A stretch of 62,901 nt of DNA, filler included. It is 5 parts of 5 records of this genome, joined end to end, with 100 filler letters (N's around TTAATTAATTAA, not from the genome) between each part and the next. Parts side by side here need not be neighbours in the genome. Positions count along the whole stretch, not along the records: positions 13,155 to 43,980 come from SRR31156797_8124; positions 44,081 to 50,370 come from SRR31156797_8137; 3 more parts are not named here. One strand, 5' to 3'. Below the pieces are notes generated by a model. It was given only the letters and a program-made list of their open reading frames with translations, searched no databases and was not told where the DNA came from. Position 1 is the first letter of the stretch. Every line of letters starts with the position of its first letter. Below, one piece after another: positions 39,645-48,783 of this stretch. A program made the translations under genes and the position numbers.

Positions 39645-40508
39645 ATGACAAAAGTAAAGAGAGAAGTGGAGGTTCTTGTTCTATCGGATATCCATTTAGG
39701 AACGAAAGGTTGTCGAGCAGAAGAGCTTCTAAAGTACCTGAATTCAATTCAGCCAAAAAAAGTAATTTTAAATGGTGATATTGTTGATATCTGGCAGTTT
39801 AAAAAGAGATATTGGCCTAAATCTCACATGAGAATTATTAAGCATTTCACCTCTCTATTATCTAAAGGTATTCCAATATTTTATATTACTGGTAATCATG
39901 ACGAACTTCTTCGGAAATTTGAAGGTTTCACATTGGGAAAACTCAGCATTGTAAATAAATTGATATTGAATATTGATGGAAAAAAAGCATGGGTTTTTCA
40001 TGGAGATGTTTTTGATATTACCATGCAGTATGCAAAATGGTTAACACGTTTGGGATCTATAGGTTATGATTTGTTAACCTTGATAAATTCAGGGGTGAAC
40101 TATTTTGCCCAATTAATGGGACGAGAGAAAGTTTCTTTATCTAAAAAAATAAAAAACAGCGTAAAGTCAGCTGTGAAATACATAAATGATTTTGAGCGAA
40201 TTGCTGCAGAAATAGCAATTGATAAAGGATATGATTTTGTGTTGTGTGGACACATACATCATCCTGAACAGAAGGATATTTCATCTAAAAATGGATCAAC
40301 TACTTATTTAAATTCAGGAGATTGGGTAGAGAGTTTAAGTTCCTTGGAATACAAGGATGGAGAATGGAAAATCTATGAATATGATGAGGATCAGAAAGCA
40401 AAAGCGATAGAGCCGGATTTAGAGAGCTACAAACTCGACGATAATGAGAAAATATTCAAAGAATTATTATCTGAGTTTATGGCTGGTTCAAATTCAAAGG
40501 TATCCTAA
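39645..40508 (+). CDS. LpxH-like / PlcP-like metallophosphoesterase
   Basis: SDIHLG, GDIVD, GNHDE, HGDVFD, CGHIH, NSGDWVE. Confidence 0.88.
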   Translation: MTKVKREVEVLVLSDIHLGTKGCRAEELLKYLNSIQPKKVILNGDIVDIWQFKKRYWPKSHMRIIKHFTSLLSKGIPIFYITGNHDELLRKFEGFTLGKLSIVNKLILNIDGKKAWVFHGDVFDITMQYAKWLTRLGSIGYDLLTLINSGVNYFAQLMGREKVSLSKKIKNSVKSAVKYINDFERIAAEIAIDKGYDFVLCGHIHHPEQKDISSKNGSTTYLNSGDWVESLSSLEYKDGEWKIYEYDEDQKAKAIEPDLESYKLDDNEKIFKELLSEFMAGSNSKVS

Positions 40509-40510
40509 AA

Positions 40511-41503
40511 ATGAGAATACTTTACGGAATACAAGGTACGGGAAATGGTCATTTAAGTCGTGCAATTGAGCTAATACCACATTTTCAGAAAGTAGCAGAG
40601 GTTGACATTTTAATATCAGGCTTACATCACGATTTAGAATTCAAACATTCCATAAAATATAAAAAACAAGGACTAGGCTTTTTCTTTGGTAAAAATGGAG
40701 GGATTGATTTTTTGAAAACAATTAGAAAGTTTAATATCTATCGATTTATTAAAGATATAAGAACTCTTCCGGTTGAAGAATATGATATAGTAATTAGCGA
40801 TTTTGAGCCAGTAACAGCCTGGGCTTGTAAAATAAAGAAGGTATTTTGTCTTGGATTAAGTCATCAATCTGCAATGTTAAACACCAGGACTCCTATGCCT
40901 GAAAAGATTGATGCATTCGGATTTCAGATTTTAAAAAAGTATGCGCCTTGCAATCAGAATGTGAGCTTTCACTTTCAGGAATATGGGCATAACATGTTTA
41001 CACCGGTTATCCGACGAGAAATAAGAGTTTTAGAGTCTGATAATAAAGGATATTATTTGGTCTATTTACCTGCTTATTCCGATGAGAAACTAGTATCTGT
41101 TCTTTCTCATTTCTCATCGTGTAAGTGGATTGTTTTTTCAAAACATAGCAAAGAAAAGTACAGAGCTGATAATGTGGAAATTAATCCTGTTAATGGAGAA
41201 TCATTTATTAATAAATTAAAGGATTGCGAAGGTGTGTTATGTGGAGCAGGCTTTGAAACTCCTGCCGAGAGTTTGTACTTGGGGAAAAAATTGGCTGTTA
41301 TACCTATGAAGAACCAATTTGAGCAAGTTTGCAATGCACATGCGTTAAAGGATATGGGAATACTGGTTATTGAGGATCTGGAAATAGATGGACCTAAAAA
41401 AATAAAAGAATGGATCAATCAAGAATCGGATATTGAGAAAATTGATTATCCTGATAATTCAAAATCGATTATTGAATTCATTTTTAAACATTACCTGTTA
41501 TAG
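40511..41503 (+). CDS. GT-B glycosyltransferase (MJ1255/VC2487-like)
   Basis: MRILYGIQGTGNGHLSRA, ISDFEP, CGAGFETPAE, QFEQVCNA. Confidence 0.88.
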   Translation: MRILYGIQGTGNGHLSRAIELIPHFQKVAEVDILISGLHHDLEFKHSIKYKKQGLGFFFGKNGGIDFLKTIRKFNIYRFIKDIRTLPVEEYDIVISDFEPVTAWACKIKKVFCLGLSHQSAMLNTRTPMPEKIDAFGFQILKKYAPCNQNVSFHFQEYGHNMFTPVIRREIRVLESDNKGYYLVYLPAYSDEKLVSVLSHFSSCKWIVFSKHSKEKYRADNVEINPVNGESFINKLKDCEGVLCGAGFETPAESLYLGKKLAVIPMKNQFEQVCNAHALKDMGILVIEDLEIDGPKKIKEWINQESDIEKIDYPDNSKSIIEFIFKHYLL

Positions 41504-41590
41504 GAAAAATAGATAAAGAAGCTTTTGTGTTGTTAGGCTTTGGCATTTGTCGTAATTTCATAGGATAATATAATTCGTTAAAATACCAGT

Positions 41591-42826
41591 ATGTCTGAGT
41601 TCATAAATAATAATAAGGCTCGTGTTGAATCAATCTATGAGTTTTGCTTTAAGTTGATTAAAGAAGAGAAGGGAACGGAGCTAATAAAGAAACATCAGGA
41701 AGCGATTGATTGTGTAACTGCCAATGATATTGTTGTAGTTGTGCATCGTTTGGTAGAAGCAAACCTGCCAATGAACAATTTAAAAATTGGAATTAATAAA
41801 GCTTTGAATGTTTTTTATAAACCGATTTTAAATCAGCCTAAGCTTAAGATCTCTAAGAATCATTTTTTAGAAATAATGATGAGAGAAAATAGGGAATTGG
41901 AGACTCGTTTGAATGAGATTAAACCCTTGGCAAAAAAAATCAATCAGCAGGCAGATGAAAAGGATCTTTTAAAAGCTGTATCAATTCTGAGGCATAAGGT
42001 TGAAGAGCTTGCTGAGATTGAGAAACACTATTCTCGTAAAGAGAATGTATTCTTTCCTTATTTTGAAAATCAATATCCTGAATTCAAATGCCTGGGAGTG
42101 ATGTGGTCAATTCATGATGATATCCGCAAGGTAAGAAAGGATTTGGTAGAAGTGTTGAGTAAGGATTCTTTGGATTTGCAAAGAATCAATAAGCTTATGG
42201 GAGATCTTTTCTTCTTTATGAATACCATAATTTTCAGAGAGGAATATCTATTGTTTCCAGTAGCAGTCAATGCAGTATCGGAAGAGTTGTGGGAGGAAAT
42301 GAATCATCAAAGCGACGAAATTGGTTTTAGTTTTATTGAGCCTCCTGTTTTTACAAAAACTAAGAATACACCAAAGAAAGCCTTTACTTTTGAAGGAGAG
42401 CAGTTGGATACTCTTCAATTAAACGATACCCTATTAAATTTCGATACAGGATTAATGACATTACAGCAGGCTATGATGCTATTGAATCATCTGCCTGTAG
42501 ACATTACCATGATTGATGAAAATGATCGAGTAAGGTTTTTCTCAAATCCCAAAGATCGCTTTTTCACAAGATCAAAAGCCATAATCGGAAGAACTGTTCA
42601 AAATTGTCATCCACCCGAGAGTGTGAATGTGGTTGAAGATTTGTTAAAAGCGTTTAAAAGCGGAGAAAAGGATAGTGAACCGTTTTGGATTCAGATGAAA
42701 GGTCGCTTTATTCTGATACAATACTTCGCTTTACGCGACGAAAATGGAGTTTATAAAGGTTGTATAGAAGTAAGTCAGGATTTAACTGATATCAAGACAT
42801 TGGAAGGAGAAAAAAGATTAATGTAA
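41591..42826 (+). CDS. DUF438/hemerythrin/PAS domain protein
   Basis: HYSRKENVFFP, VMWSIHDDIR, IFREEYLLFP, LPVDIT..DENDRV, GRTVQNCHPP, EVSQD. Confidence 0.88.
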   Translation: MSEFINNNKARVESIYEFCFKLIKEEKGTELIKKHQEAIDCVTANDIVVVVHRLVEANLPMNNLKIGINKALNVFYKPILNQPKLKISKNHFLEIMMRENRELETRLNEIKPLAKKINQQADEKDLLKAVSILRHKVEELAEIEKHYSRKENVFFPYFENQYPEFKCLGVMWSIHDDIRKVRKDLVEVLSKDSLDLQRINKLMGDLFFFMNTIIFREEYLLFPVAVNAVSEELWEEMNHQSDEIGFSFIEPPVFTKTKNTPKKAFTFEGEQLDTLQLNDTLLNFDTGLMTLQQAMMLLNHLPVDITMIDENDRVRFFSNPKDRFFTRSKAIIGRTVQNCHPPESVNVVEDLLKAFKSGEKDSEPFWIQMKGRFILIQYFALRDENGVYKGCIEVSQDLTDIKTLEGEKRLM

Positions 42827-42832
42827 AAATAG

Positions 42833-42864
42833 AAAAGCCTGAGAGAATAAATCTTTCAGGCTTT
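42833..42864. terminator. Terminator between convergent genes
   Basis: aaaagcctga...tcaggcttt. Confidence 0.55.
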
Positions 42865-42885
42865 CATATATAATTGAAGATATTC

Positions 42886-43260
42886 TTACAATCTACTCAT
42901 AAATTTTACTGGATCGATAATGTAGCGAACGTGATAAGCAGAACCAATTTGTCCTTCTTCATCAGAAGCTTCAATTTCGAAAGTTAATTTTTTTCCATCA
43001 ACTTTTACCAGTTTCGCAGTGCAAGAAATTTTAGTATTCAATTTGCTTGCTTTAATGTGCTTGGTATCGATTTGAATTCCAACAGTATCTGTTCCTTCTT
43101 CCAAGTTTTTATCAACACATGCAACTGCAGTACTTTCCATAAATGCCACCATTGCTGGTGTAGCATACACATCCAGTTTTCCTGATCCGTGATATTTGGC
43201 GGTATTATTTTCACCAACAATCATTTCTTGTGTTGCGCTTAATCCTTCTGTTAAAGCCAT
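42886..43260 (-). CDS. Hotdog-fold thioesterase (FlK-like)
   Basis: GSGKLDVYATPAMVAFME, TVG, H..AS, H.R. Confidence 0.88.
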   Translation of the reverse strand: MALTEGLSATQEMIVGENNTAKYHGSGKLDVYATPAMVAFMESTAVACVDKNLEEGTDTVGIQIDTKHIKASKLNTKISCTAKLVKVDGKKLTFEIEASDEEGQIGSAYHVRYIIDPVKFMSRL

Positions 43261-43293
43261 ATCTTATTATTTTTCAGTCTGCAAAAACGATTA

Positions 43294-43980
43294 TTAAAAT
43301 TCCGATGTAAAGTGGAATTCAAGATTAGGATAGTTTTGTTGAGCCATTTGCAACATATATCCAGAATCGGCAAGGAATACATCTCTGCCATGCTTGTCTT
43401 TTGCAATATATTGGTATTTCGCTTTTTTAAATTCTTTCAATTGCTCCTCGTCTTCTGTTTTAATCCAACAAGCTTTGTGAAGGTTAATGTGCTCCCATCT
43501 ACACGATGCACTGTATTCATGTAACAAACGATATTCTATAACTTCAAACTGAAGTGCACCAACGGTTCCAATTACTTTTCTACCGTTAAATTGTGATACA
43601 AATAACTGAGCAACCCCTTCATCCATTAGCTGGTCAATACCTTTTGCCAACTGTTTTGATTTCATAGGATCTGCGTTCTCGATGTATTTAAACAATTCAG
43701 GAGAGAAACTAGGAATTCCTTTAAAGTTGATTTTTTCTCCTTCGGTTAAGGTATCACCAATTTTAAAGTTTCCTGTATCGTGCAAACCAATTATATCTCC
43801 TGGGAAAGCTTCCTCAACAATTGATTTTTTCTCAGCCATAAAGGCAGTAGGGCTCGAAAATTTTAATTTTTTACCATTTCTAACGTGCAGATATGGTTTA
43901 TTTCTTTTGAAAGTCCCAGATACAATTTTCACGAATGCAATTCTATCACGGTGATTAGGATCCATATTGGCATGAATCTT
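43294..43980 (-). CDS. prfC: Peptide chain release factor 3, C-terminal part (5'-truncated by contig edge)
   Basis: KIHANMDPNHRDRIAF, GIPSFSPELF, GALQFEVIEYRL. Confidence 0.95.
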   Translation of the reverse strand, partial: KIHANMDPNHRDRIAFVKIVSGTFKRNKPYLHVRNGKKLKFSSPTAFMAEKKSIVEEAFPGDIIGLHDTGNFKIGDTLTEGEKINFKGIPSFSPELFKYIENADPMKSKQLAKGIDQLMDEGVAQLFVSQFNGRKVIGTVGALQFEVIEYRLLHEYSASCRWEHINLHKACWIKTEDEEQLKEFKKAKYQYIAKDKHGRDVFLADSGYMLQMAQQNYPNLEFHFTSEF

Positions 43981-44080
43981 NNNNNNNNNNNNNNNNNNNN
44001 NNNNNNNNNNNNNNNNNNNNNNNNTTAATTAATTAANNNNNNNNNNNNNNNNNNNNNNNNNNNNNNNNNNNNNNNNNNNN
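43981..44080. other. Artificial contig spacer
   Basis: N44-TTAATTAATTAA-N44; composition jumps from AT-rich to GC-rich across it. Confidence 0.98.
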
Positions 44081-44632
44081 CGTGCCGCGATTGCAAAATA
44101 GGATCTTCGCCATGTCCTCATACGAGAGGTTCTGGAAGTGCCTCAAGATGATCACTTCCCGGTGTTTCTCATCCAACTGGCCGATCGCCTTCCAGAGCCG
44201 GTCCTTCGATTCGTTTCGTTCGGCCACCATTTCCGGATCGAAGGTATCGGGCATCGTCGCGGCGGCGGCCTCCTGGCCGGCCGCCGATGCCGCCGATCCC
44301 GAATCATCGGCCCCGATGCTGCCGTCTTCGGCCCCCATGGCGTAGGCGCGCCGCACCTTGCGTTTCCGCAGGTGACTGAAGCACAGATTCCGAAGGATCT
44401 GGTAGAACCACGGAAAGAACTTCTCCGGCGCGTTCAATTGGTCAAAGTGCTTGTAGGCCCGGAAAAACGCCTCCTGCGACAGCTCCAGGGCGTCCTCTCG
44501 GTTGCCCACCAGACCTAACGCAATGAAATAAGCGTCTTTCATATGCCTCTTGACAATGGCCTCGAACGCTTCGCGCGTGCTCCCATAGGAGCCCCACGTC
44601 ACCGCTGTATCTTCTTCACATAAGCTGGCCAA
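44081..44632 (-). CDS. ECF sigma-70 factor, 3'-truncated by contig edge
   Basis: DALELSQEAFFRAY, FFPWFYQILRNLC, REVIILRHFQNLSYEDMA; TTG start after GGGAG. Confidence 0.88.
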
Positions 44633-44696
44633 TTCCGATCACTCCCGAATCCCCCCCGGGTCCCAGTTGGATCGTCTATTCGGCTTCTGCATAAAC

Positions 44697-44722
44697 AGAC
44701 TCCCGCCGGTGCGTTTCCTTCA
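44697..44722 (-). promoter_or_regulatory. Putative autoregulatory ECF promoter
   Basis: Minus strand TGAAG-N17-GTCT upstream of the ECF gene. Confidence 0.35.
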
Positions 44723-44827
44723 AAAAATCCAGGCGATTTTGCCGGTTCGGGCGCCGGTGGCGGCCCGGCGCGATCGCCCTGTAAGCTTTGTATCGGTCGT
44801 CAGTTATACCCTATTGGTCCGGGGCTG

Positions 44828-45511
44828 TCACGCCGGTCCGGGAGCAGTGAGGAAATCGGCGACTTTGCGGATATTCTCGGCCGTGGAGATGAGAAACAGC
44901 TCGTCACCTTGCTGGATGACCTGCTCGCCTCGAGGGATGCACAACTCGCCCTTTTCCTCGCTGTAGATGGCGATGAAGACACACTGCGCGGGGAAATTCT
45001 CGTTGCCGGCAATCTCTTTGACCGTCTGGCCGGCGACCTGCCCGCCTTTGGGGACGATGACCATGAAAATGTTGGCTCGGCCGCCGCCGATGGTGGTGAT
45101 GCGCCGGACCTTGGGGTTCTCGATCTCCATCATCATCTGGTTGACCATCAGGTCGGTGACACGGACGATCTTATGAACGCCCGCCACTTTGTAGGCGTTT
45201 TCGTAATCCGGGTCGCGCATCCGCACGATGACGCGGGGCACGCTGAGGCTCTTGGCCAGAATCGCGCTGGCGAGATTGTCCGCATCGTCCGGTGTGGCGA
45301 TTACCATCGCATCGGCCTTCTCCACGCCGGCCTCTTTCAGTACGTCGATCCGCGTGGCCTTGCCGTTGACGGCCACCACCCCCGTCTCGGCGTACAGCTT
45401 GTTGCAGATCTCCCGGTCCGTCTCGATCATCACGACGTCGTGCCGCTTCTCCAGCAGCCTCCGCACGAGTCGTCCGCCGACCATGCCGCCACCTGCTACG
45501 ACGATATACAT
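44828..45511 (-). CDS. trkA: Trk/Ktr potassium uptake NAD-binding subunit
   Basis: IVVAGGGMVG, RCK_N + RCK_C; GGAGG RBS; directly downstream of trkH. Confidence 0.9.
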   Translation of the reverse strand: MYIVVAGGGMVGGRLVRRLLEKRHDVVMIETDREICNKLYAETGVVAVNGKATRIDVLKEAGVEKADAMVIATPDDADNLASAILAKSLSVPRVIVRMRDPDYENAYKVAGVHKIVRVTDLMVNQMMMEIENPKVRRITTIGGGRANIFMVIVPKGGQVAGQTVKEIAGNENFPAQCVFIAIYSEEKGELCIPRGEQVIQQGDELFLISTAENIRKVADFLTAPGPA

Positions 45512-45540
45512 CTTTTGTTACCTCCGATGAACCACCGGGA

Positions 45541-45565
45541 AGGGCGAATAATGATTCGCCCCTAC
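45541..45565 (-). repeat. GTAG-family REP-like palindrome
   Basis: Minus strand GTAG-GGGCGAAT-catt-ATTCGCCC-t in the trkH-trkA spacer. Confidence 0.65.
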
Positions 45566-45578
45566 GTGTCTTCTTCTC

Positions 45579-47105
45579 TCATTGCCACGCCCGGGGCGAA
45601 AACAACAGCAGTACGGGCAACAGCTCCAGCCGGCCCGCCAACATGCCTATGATATACGTGATCTTGACCACCGGGTGTAGATCGATCATCTCCTGGACGG
45701 ACAAGTAGCACGGGCCGATATTGCCCAGGGCCGAAAACATGCCCGAAAGTGATTCCAGTGTCCCGTGATCGGAGAATAGCGCCGTGATCACCCCGCCGGC
45801 CACAAGCAGGGCGATCCAGCAGAAGAACAGCGCCGCAACGCGGTGGATTTCCACATCGGGCACGATCTTCTTATCGATTACCAGGCCCGTCGAGGCGCGG
45901 GGCGAGACTCTCGCTTTGAACAGTTCGCCTTGCACCAGCCGTGTGAGCATGGCAATGCGCAAGATCTTGAACCCGCCGGACGTCGAGCCGGCACAACCGC
46001 CGACGACCATCAGCACCAGAAAGAGTTGTTGCGACGCCGCCCCGAAGAACTCCGAGCCGATGTCCTGGGTCCCGAACCCGGTCGTGGTCAGAATGGCCAT
46101 CACCTGAAAGAGCCCGACCCGGAACGTCCGCTCGGCCTCGGCGACCCCGATGGGAGTCCCTGATGTGAACAAGGCCTTCCAGGCCCCGGTCTGGTGGAAA
46201 TGGTCTATGACCATAATGGCGGTGAACGCGGCGATCAGGCGCCACCAATAGCGAATCTCGATATTGTCCCACAGGGCCTTGATGTCCCCGGTCAGCACGC
46301 GATAGTGGATCAGGAAATTGATGCCGCCCAGCATCATGATGAACGTCAGGGTGTATTCGATGAGGCGGTAATTGGCATGGCCGCTCTGCTGATAGTGACC
46401 GATACTGGCATCATAAGGCGAGAACCCACCCGTCGAAACGGCGGTAAACGCGTGGCAGACGGCGTCGAAGGATGGCATCTTCAGGACCATCAGGACCACA
46501 ATCGCCAGCAACGTGAAGCCCCCGTAGATCAGCCAGAGGATCTTGAGCGTGTTGAACAGGCCCGGGGCCGGACGTGTCGATGAGATCTTGTGACTTTCGG
46601 CACCGAAGATATGATGGGCCGTGCTGGCCCGGAACGTGACGATCAGGAAGAACGACAGAATGCCCAGCCCGCCGAACCATTGCATCAGGGCACGCCAGAA
46701 GAGAATGCTGTGCGGCATCAGATCCAGACCGGTATAGACGGTGATGCCGGTCGTGGTGAGACCGCTCATCGCCTCGAAATACGCGTTGAGGTAGCCGCTC
46801 CGGATCCCGATCACAAAGGGTACCGCGCCGACCGCCGAGCAGGCCAGCCAGCCGACGGCGCACATCAGCATCGAACTGACCGTGTCGAGCATCTCAGAGC
46901 GGTAGGTGTTTTTCAGAATGAAGCCGACGACGAGGGAGAATGCGGCGGGGAAAACGAAGGCGTTGATCGTCATCCAGCCGTCGCCGCGCTGCTGCCAGTG
47001 TAAGGCCGCCACCAGGGCCGGCAGCAGCAACAACACCCCCAGAACCTCAAGCAGGTGGCCCGTGTAGTGTAGAATTCCGTTGAGACGCTCGAATCGGTTT
47101 CTCAT
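45579..47105 (-). CDS. trkH: TrkH family potassium uptake membrane protein
   Basis: FEAMSGLTTTG, WFGGLG, STGGFS, TTTGF, GGCAGSTSGGFK, LGNIGP, GRLE; likely ATG at 47105. Confidence 0.93.
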   Translation of the reverse strand: MRNRFERLNGILHYTGHLLEVLGVLLLLPALVAALHWQQRGDGWMTINAFVFPAAFSLVVGFILKNTYRSEMLDTVSSMLMCAVGWLACSAVGAVPFVIGIRSGYLNAYFEAMSGLTTTGITVYTGLDLMPHSILFWRALMQWFGGLGILSFFLIVTFRASTAHHIFGAESHKISSTRPAPGLFNTLKILWLIYGGFTLLAIVVLMVLKMPSFDAVCHAFTAVSTGGFSPYDASIGHYQQSGHANYRLIEYTLTFIMMLGGINFLIHYRVLTGDIKALWDNIEIRYWWRLIAAFTAIMVIDHFHQTGAWKALFTSGTPIGVAEAERTFRVGLFQVMAILTTTGFGTQDIGSEFFGAASQQLFLVLMVVGGCAGSTSGGFKILRIAMLTRLVQGELFKARVSPRASTGLVIDKKIVPDVEIHRVAALFFCWIALLVAGGVITALFSDHGTLESLSGMFSALGNIGPCYLSVQEMIDLHPVVKITYIIGMLAGRLELLPVLLLFSPRAWQ

Positions 47106-47340
47106 TCCTGCCCGACATACTCCATTATGATCGGCACGCCCTCGGGGGCGCATCATCGTCACCGTCCACGCAGGATACGTCATCGGCTGGATCGAGGCAA
47201 GCAAATCAATGATCTAATCACGTCAGGCCGGTTTTCGCCTTGGAGCGAGACGAATACGTGGCCCGGCCTGACGTCATGTGCGGCAGCGGAGAGCGCTGCG
47301 GCGGGGAGGTGGGACTGTGGTAGGGTGGTGGGGGCTCAGA

Positions 47341-47378
47341 AGAGCCAAGTGGGGCCGGATGACCCCACTTGGTCTCTC
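47341..47378. terminator. GC-rich hairpin downstream of the anti-sigma gene
   Basis: ccaagtgggg-ccggatga-ccccacttgg stem right after the stop codon; no clear U-tract. Confidence 0.5.
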
Positions 47379-47385
47379 TGTCTCG

Positions 47386-47943
47386 TTACGGGGTTGACGC
47401 GCTGGTGCTCGTGCCCGCTTCGATTTCATTCGTGGTCACGACTTTGCCACTCGACAGCGTGTAACTGACCTGGTACAGACGAAACGTCATACCCTTTTCC
47501 GTCCATTCTTCCGCCAGCGTCTTCTCGAATGCGCCGGCCTGTTTCAACGCCTCGATCTCCGCGCGTTCCTCCGCGGTCGGTTCCGCGGCGGCGTTGCTGT
47601 CAGGATCGCCCATCGACACCGTCATCGTCCCGGTCTTGGTGACGCTGCCATCGGGGTTCTGAGTCACCGTGACCTGAGGGCCTTCGGTGAAGTAGCGCTG
47701 CACGATCTTGGTGCCGGCGTAGCTCAAGGGTAGCAAGACCACCACGGCCAGGAGAGCCGCCGCGGCGATGCGCCCCAGCGCGAGGGGGCCGCCGGCCGGC
47801 GCAAACCATCGGCGCAGAGCCGAGCGTTGTGCTTTCGCGCTCGAGAGGGCGACGTCTCTCTCCAGCCGCTGCAACAGACCGTCTGGTGGGGTGGGTTTGG
47901 GTGCGGCCCGGAGGTTTTGCTCGATGTTCTTGTCGCGATTCAT
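47386..47943 (-). CDS. Putative single-TM anti-sigma factor
   Basis: Directly downstream of the ECF gene; short cytoplasmic N-terminus, one TM (IAAAALLAVVVLLPL), extracytoplasmic tail; AGGAG RBS. Confidence 0.7.
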   Translation of the reverse strand: MNRDKNIEQNLRAAPKPTPPDGLLQRLERDVALSSAKAQRSALRRWFAPAGGPLALGRIAAAALLAVVVLLPLSYAGTKIVQRYFTEGPQVTVTQNPDGSVTKTGTMTVSMGDPDSNAAAEPTAEERAEIEALKQAGAFEKTLAEEWTEKGMTFRLYQVSYTLSSGKVVTTNEIEAGTSTSASTP

Positions 47944-47979
47944 ATCCGTTCTCCTTTCTGCGATAGGACGCGCTACGCC

Positions 47980-48537
47980 CTATTGGGATGCATTCTCTTC
48001 GGCATTCATTGTCGTCCTGAGGATCTTGAACACTTCGCGAAGTCGGTACTTGACGGTACTTGTGGCCACGTTCAGCACTCGGGCGGTCTCACGGATGGAA
48101 AGCCCCTGGTAGTAGTGCAGGTGTACGACGTGTCTCTTGTCTTCATCGAGTTGATCCACCGCTTCGTACAGCCGCTGAGCCAATTGGCGGTCGGCGACAT
48201 GGGCGAACGGGCCGGGACTCTCATCGGTGCGCCCAAGCCACCATGGATTCAGGGACCTGCGAGCATCGGATGCTTTTCCGCGCTGCCAATCGACGTAGGT
48301 GTGGTACGCGATCCGGTAGAGCCACGTCGAAAACGTGCTCCGGCCGGCGAAGCCGTTGCGCGACGACCAGACCTTGAGAAAGGTCTGTTGCGTCAAGTCC
48401 TCCGCGTCCTGGTTGCTGCCACAAAGACGCCTCAGATAAGCGAAGACCGCAGGGTAGCAGAGCTGCAACAATTCGCTGGCCGCGTCTCTGTCTGCCCTCT
48501 CAACACGTTGCCACAGACCTCGTATTCGGCTATCCAT
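47980..48537 (-). CDS. ECF sigma-70 factor
   Basis: DAEDLTQQTFLKVW, FSTWLYRIAYH, YYQGLSIRETA...STVKYRL; ATG at 48537 after GGGAG. Confidence 0.92.
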   Translation of the reverse strand: MDSRIRGLWQRVERADRDAASELLQLCYPAVFAYLRRLCGSNQDAEDLTQQTFLKVWSSRNGFAGRSTFSTWLYRIAYHTYVDWQRGKASDARRSLNPWWLGRTDESPGPFAHVADRQLAQRLYEAVDQLDEDKRHVVHLHYYQGLSIRETARVLNVATSTVKYRLREVFKILRTTMNAEENASQ

Positions 48538-48588
48538 GGTTGCTCCCGCTTTCACGTCACGTTTTCCGTATTCGGTCGACCATTAGTT

Positions 48589-48616
48589 TAGACGGAGAAG
48601 GCCGGTGGGGTGGACA
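48589..48616 (-). promoter_or_regulatory. Putative autoregulatory ECF promoter
   Basis: Minus strand TGTCCA-N16-CGTCTA about 50 bp upstream of the ECF start. Confidence 0.5.
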
Positions 48617-48783
48617 AAACATTTCCGGGTTCTGCTCCGGGGAATCGGCGGTGGAGGACTTCGCGAGTGGCGGTCGGTTGCTCCACATAGCCTGTTCTGC
48701 TATATTGGATAGATATCGGTGGAAAATAAGGTTTCCGTTGCATTGCGATAGCACTCTGAACCCGAGCAGAAGGAGGCCCGTTG

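Noticed and set aside
44909-47003. Several long overlapping ORFs over trkA/trkH
   Set aside because: Antisense or alternate-frame shadows expected in high-GC coding DNA.
310-47105. Apparent enrichment of potassium transport genes
   Set aside because: They lie on different contigs from different organisms.
47827-48591. 254-aa plus-strand ORF
   Set aside because: Antisense to a well-supported ECF sigma gene.
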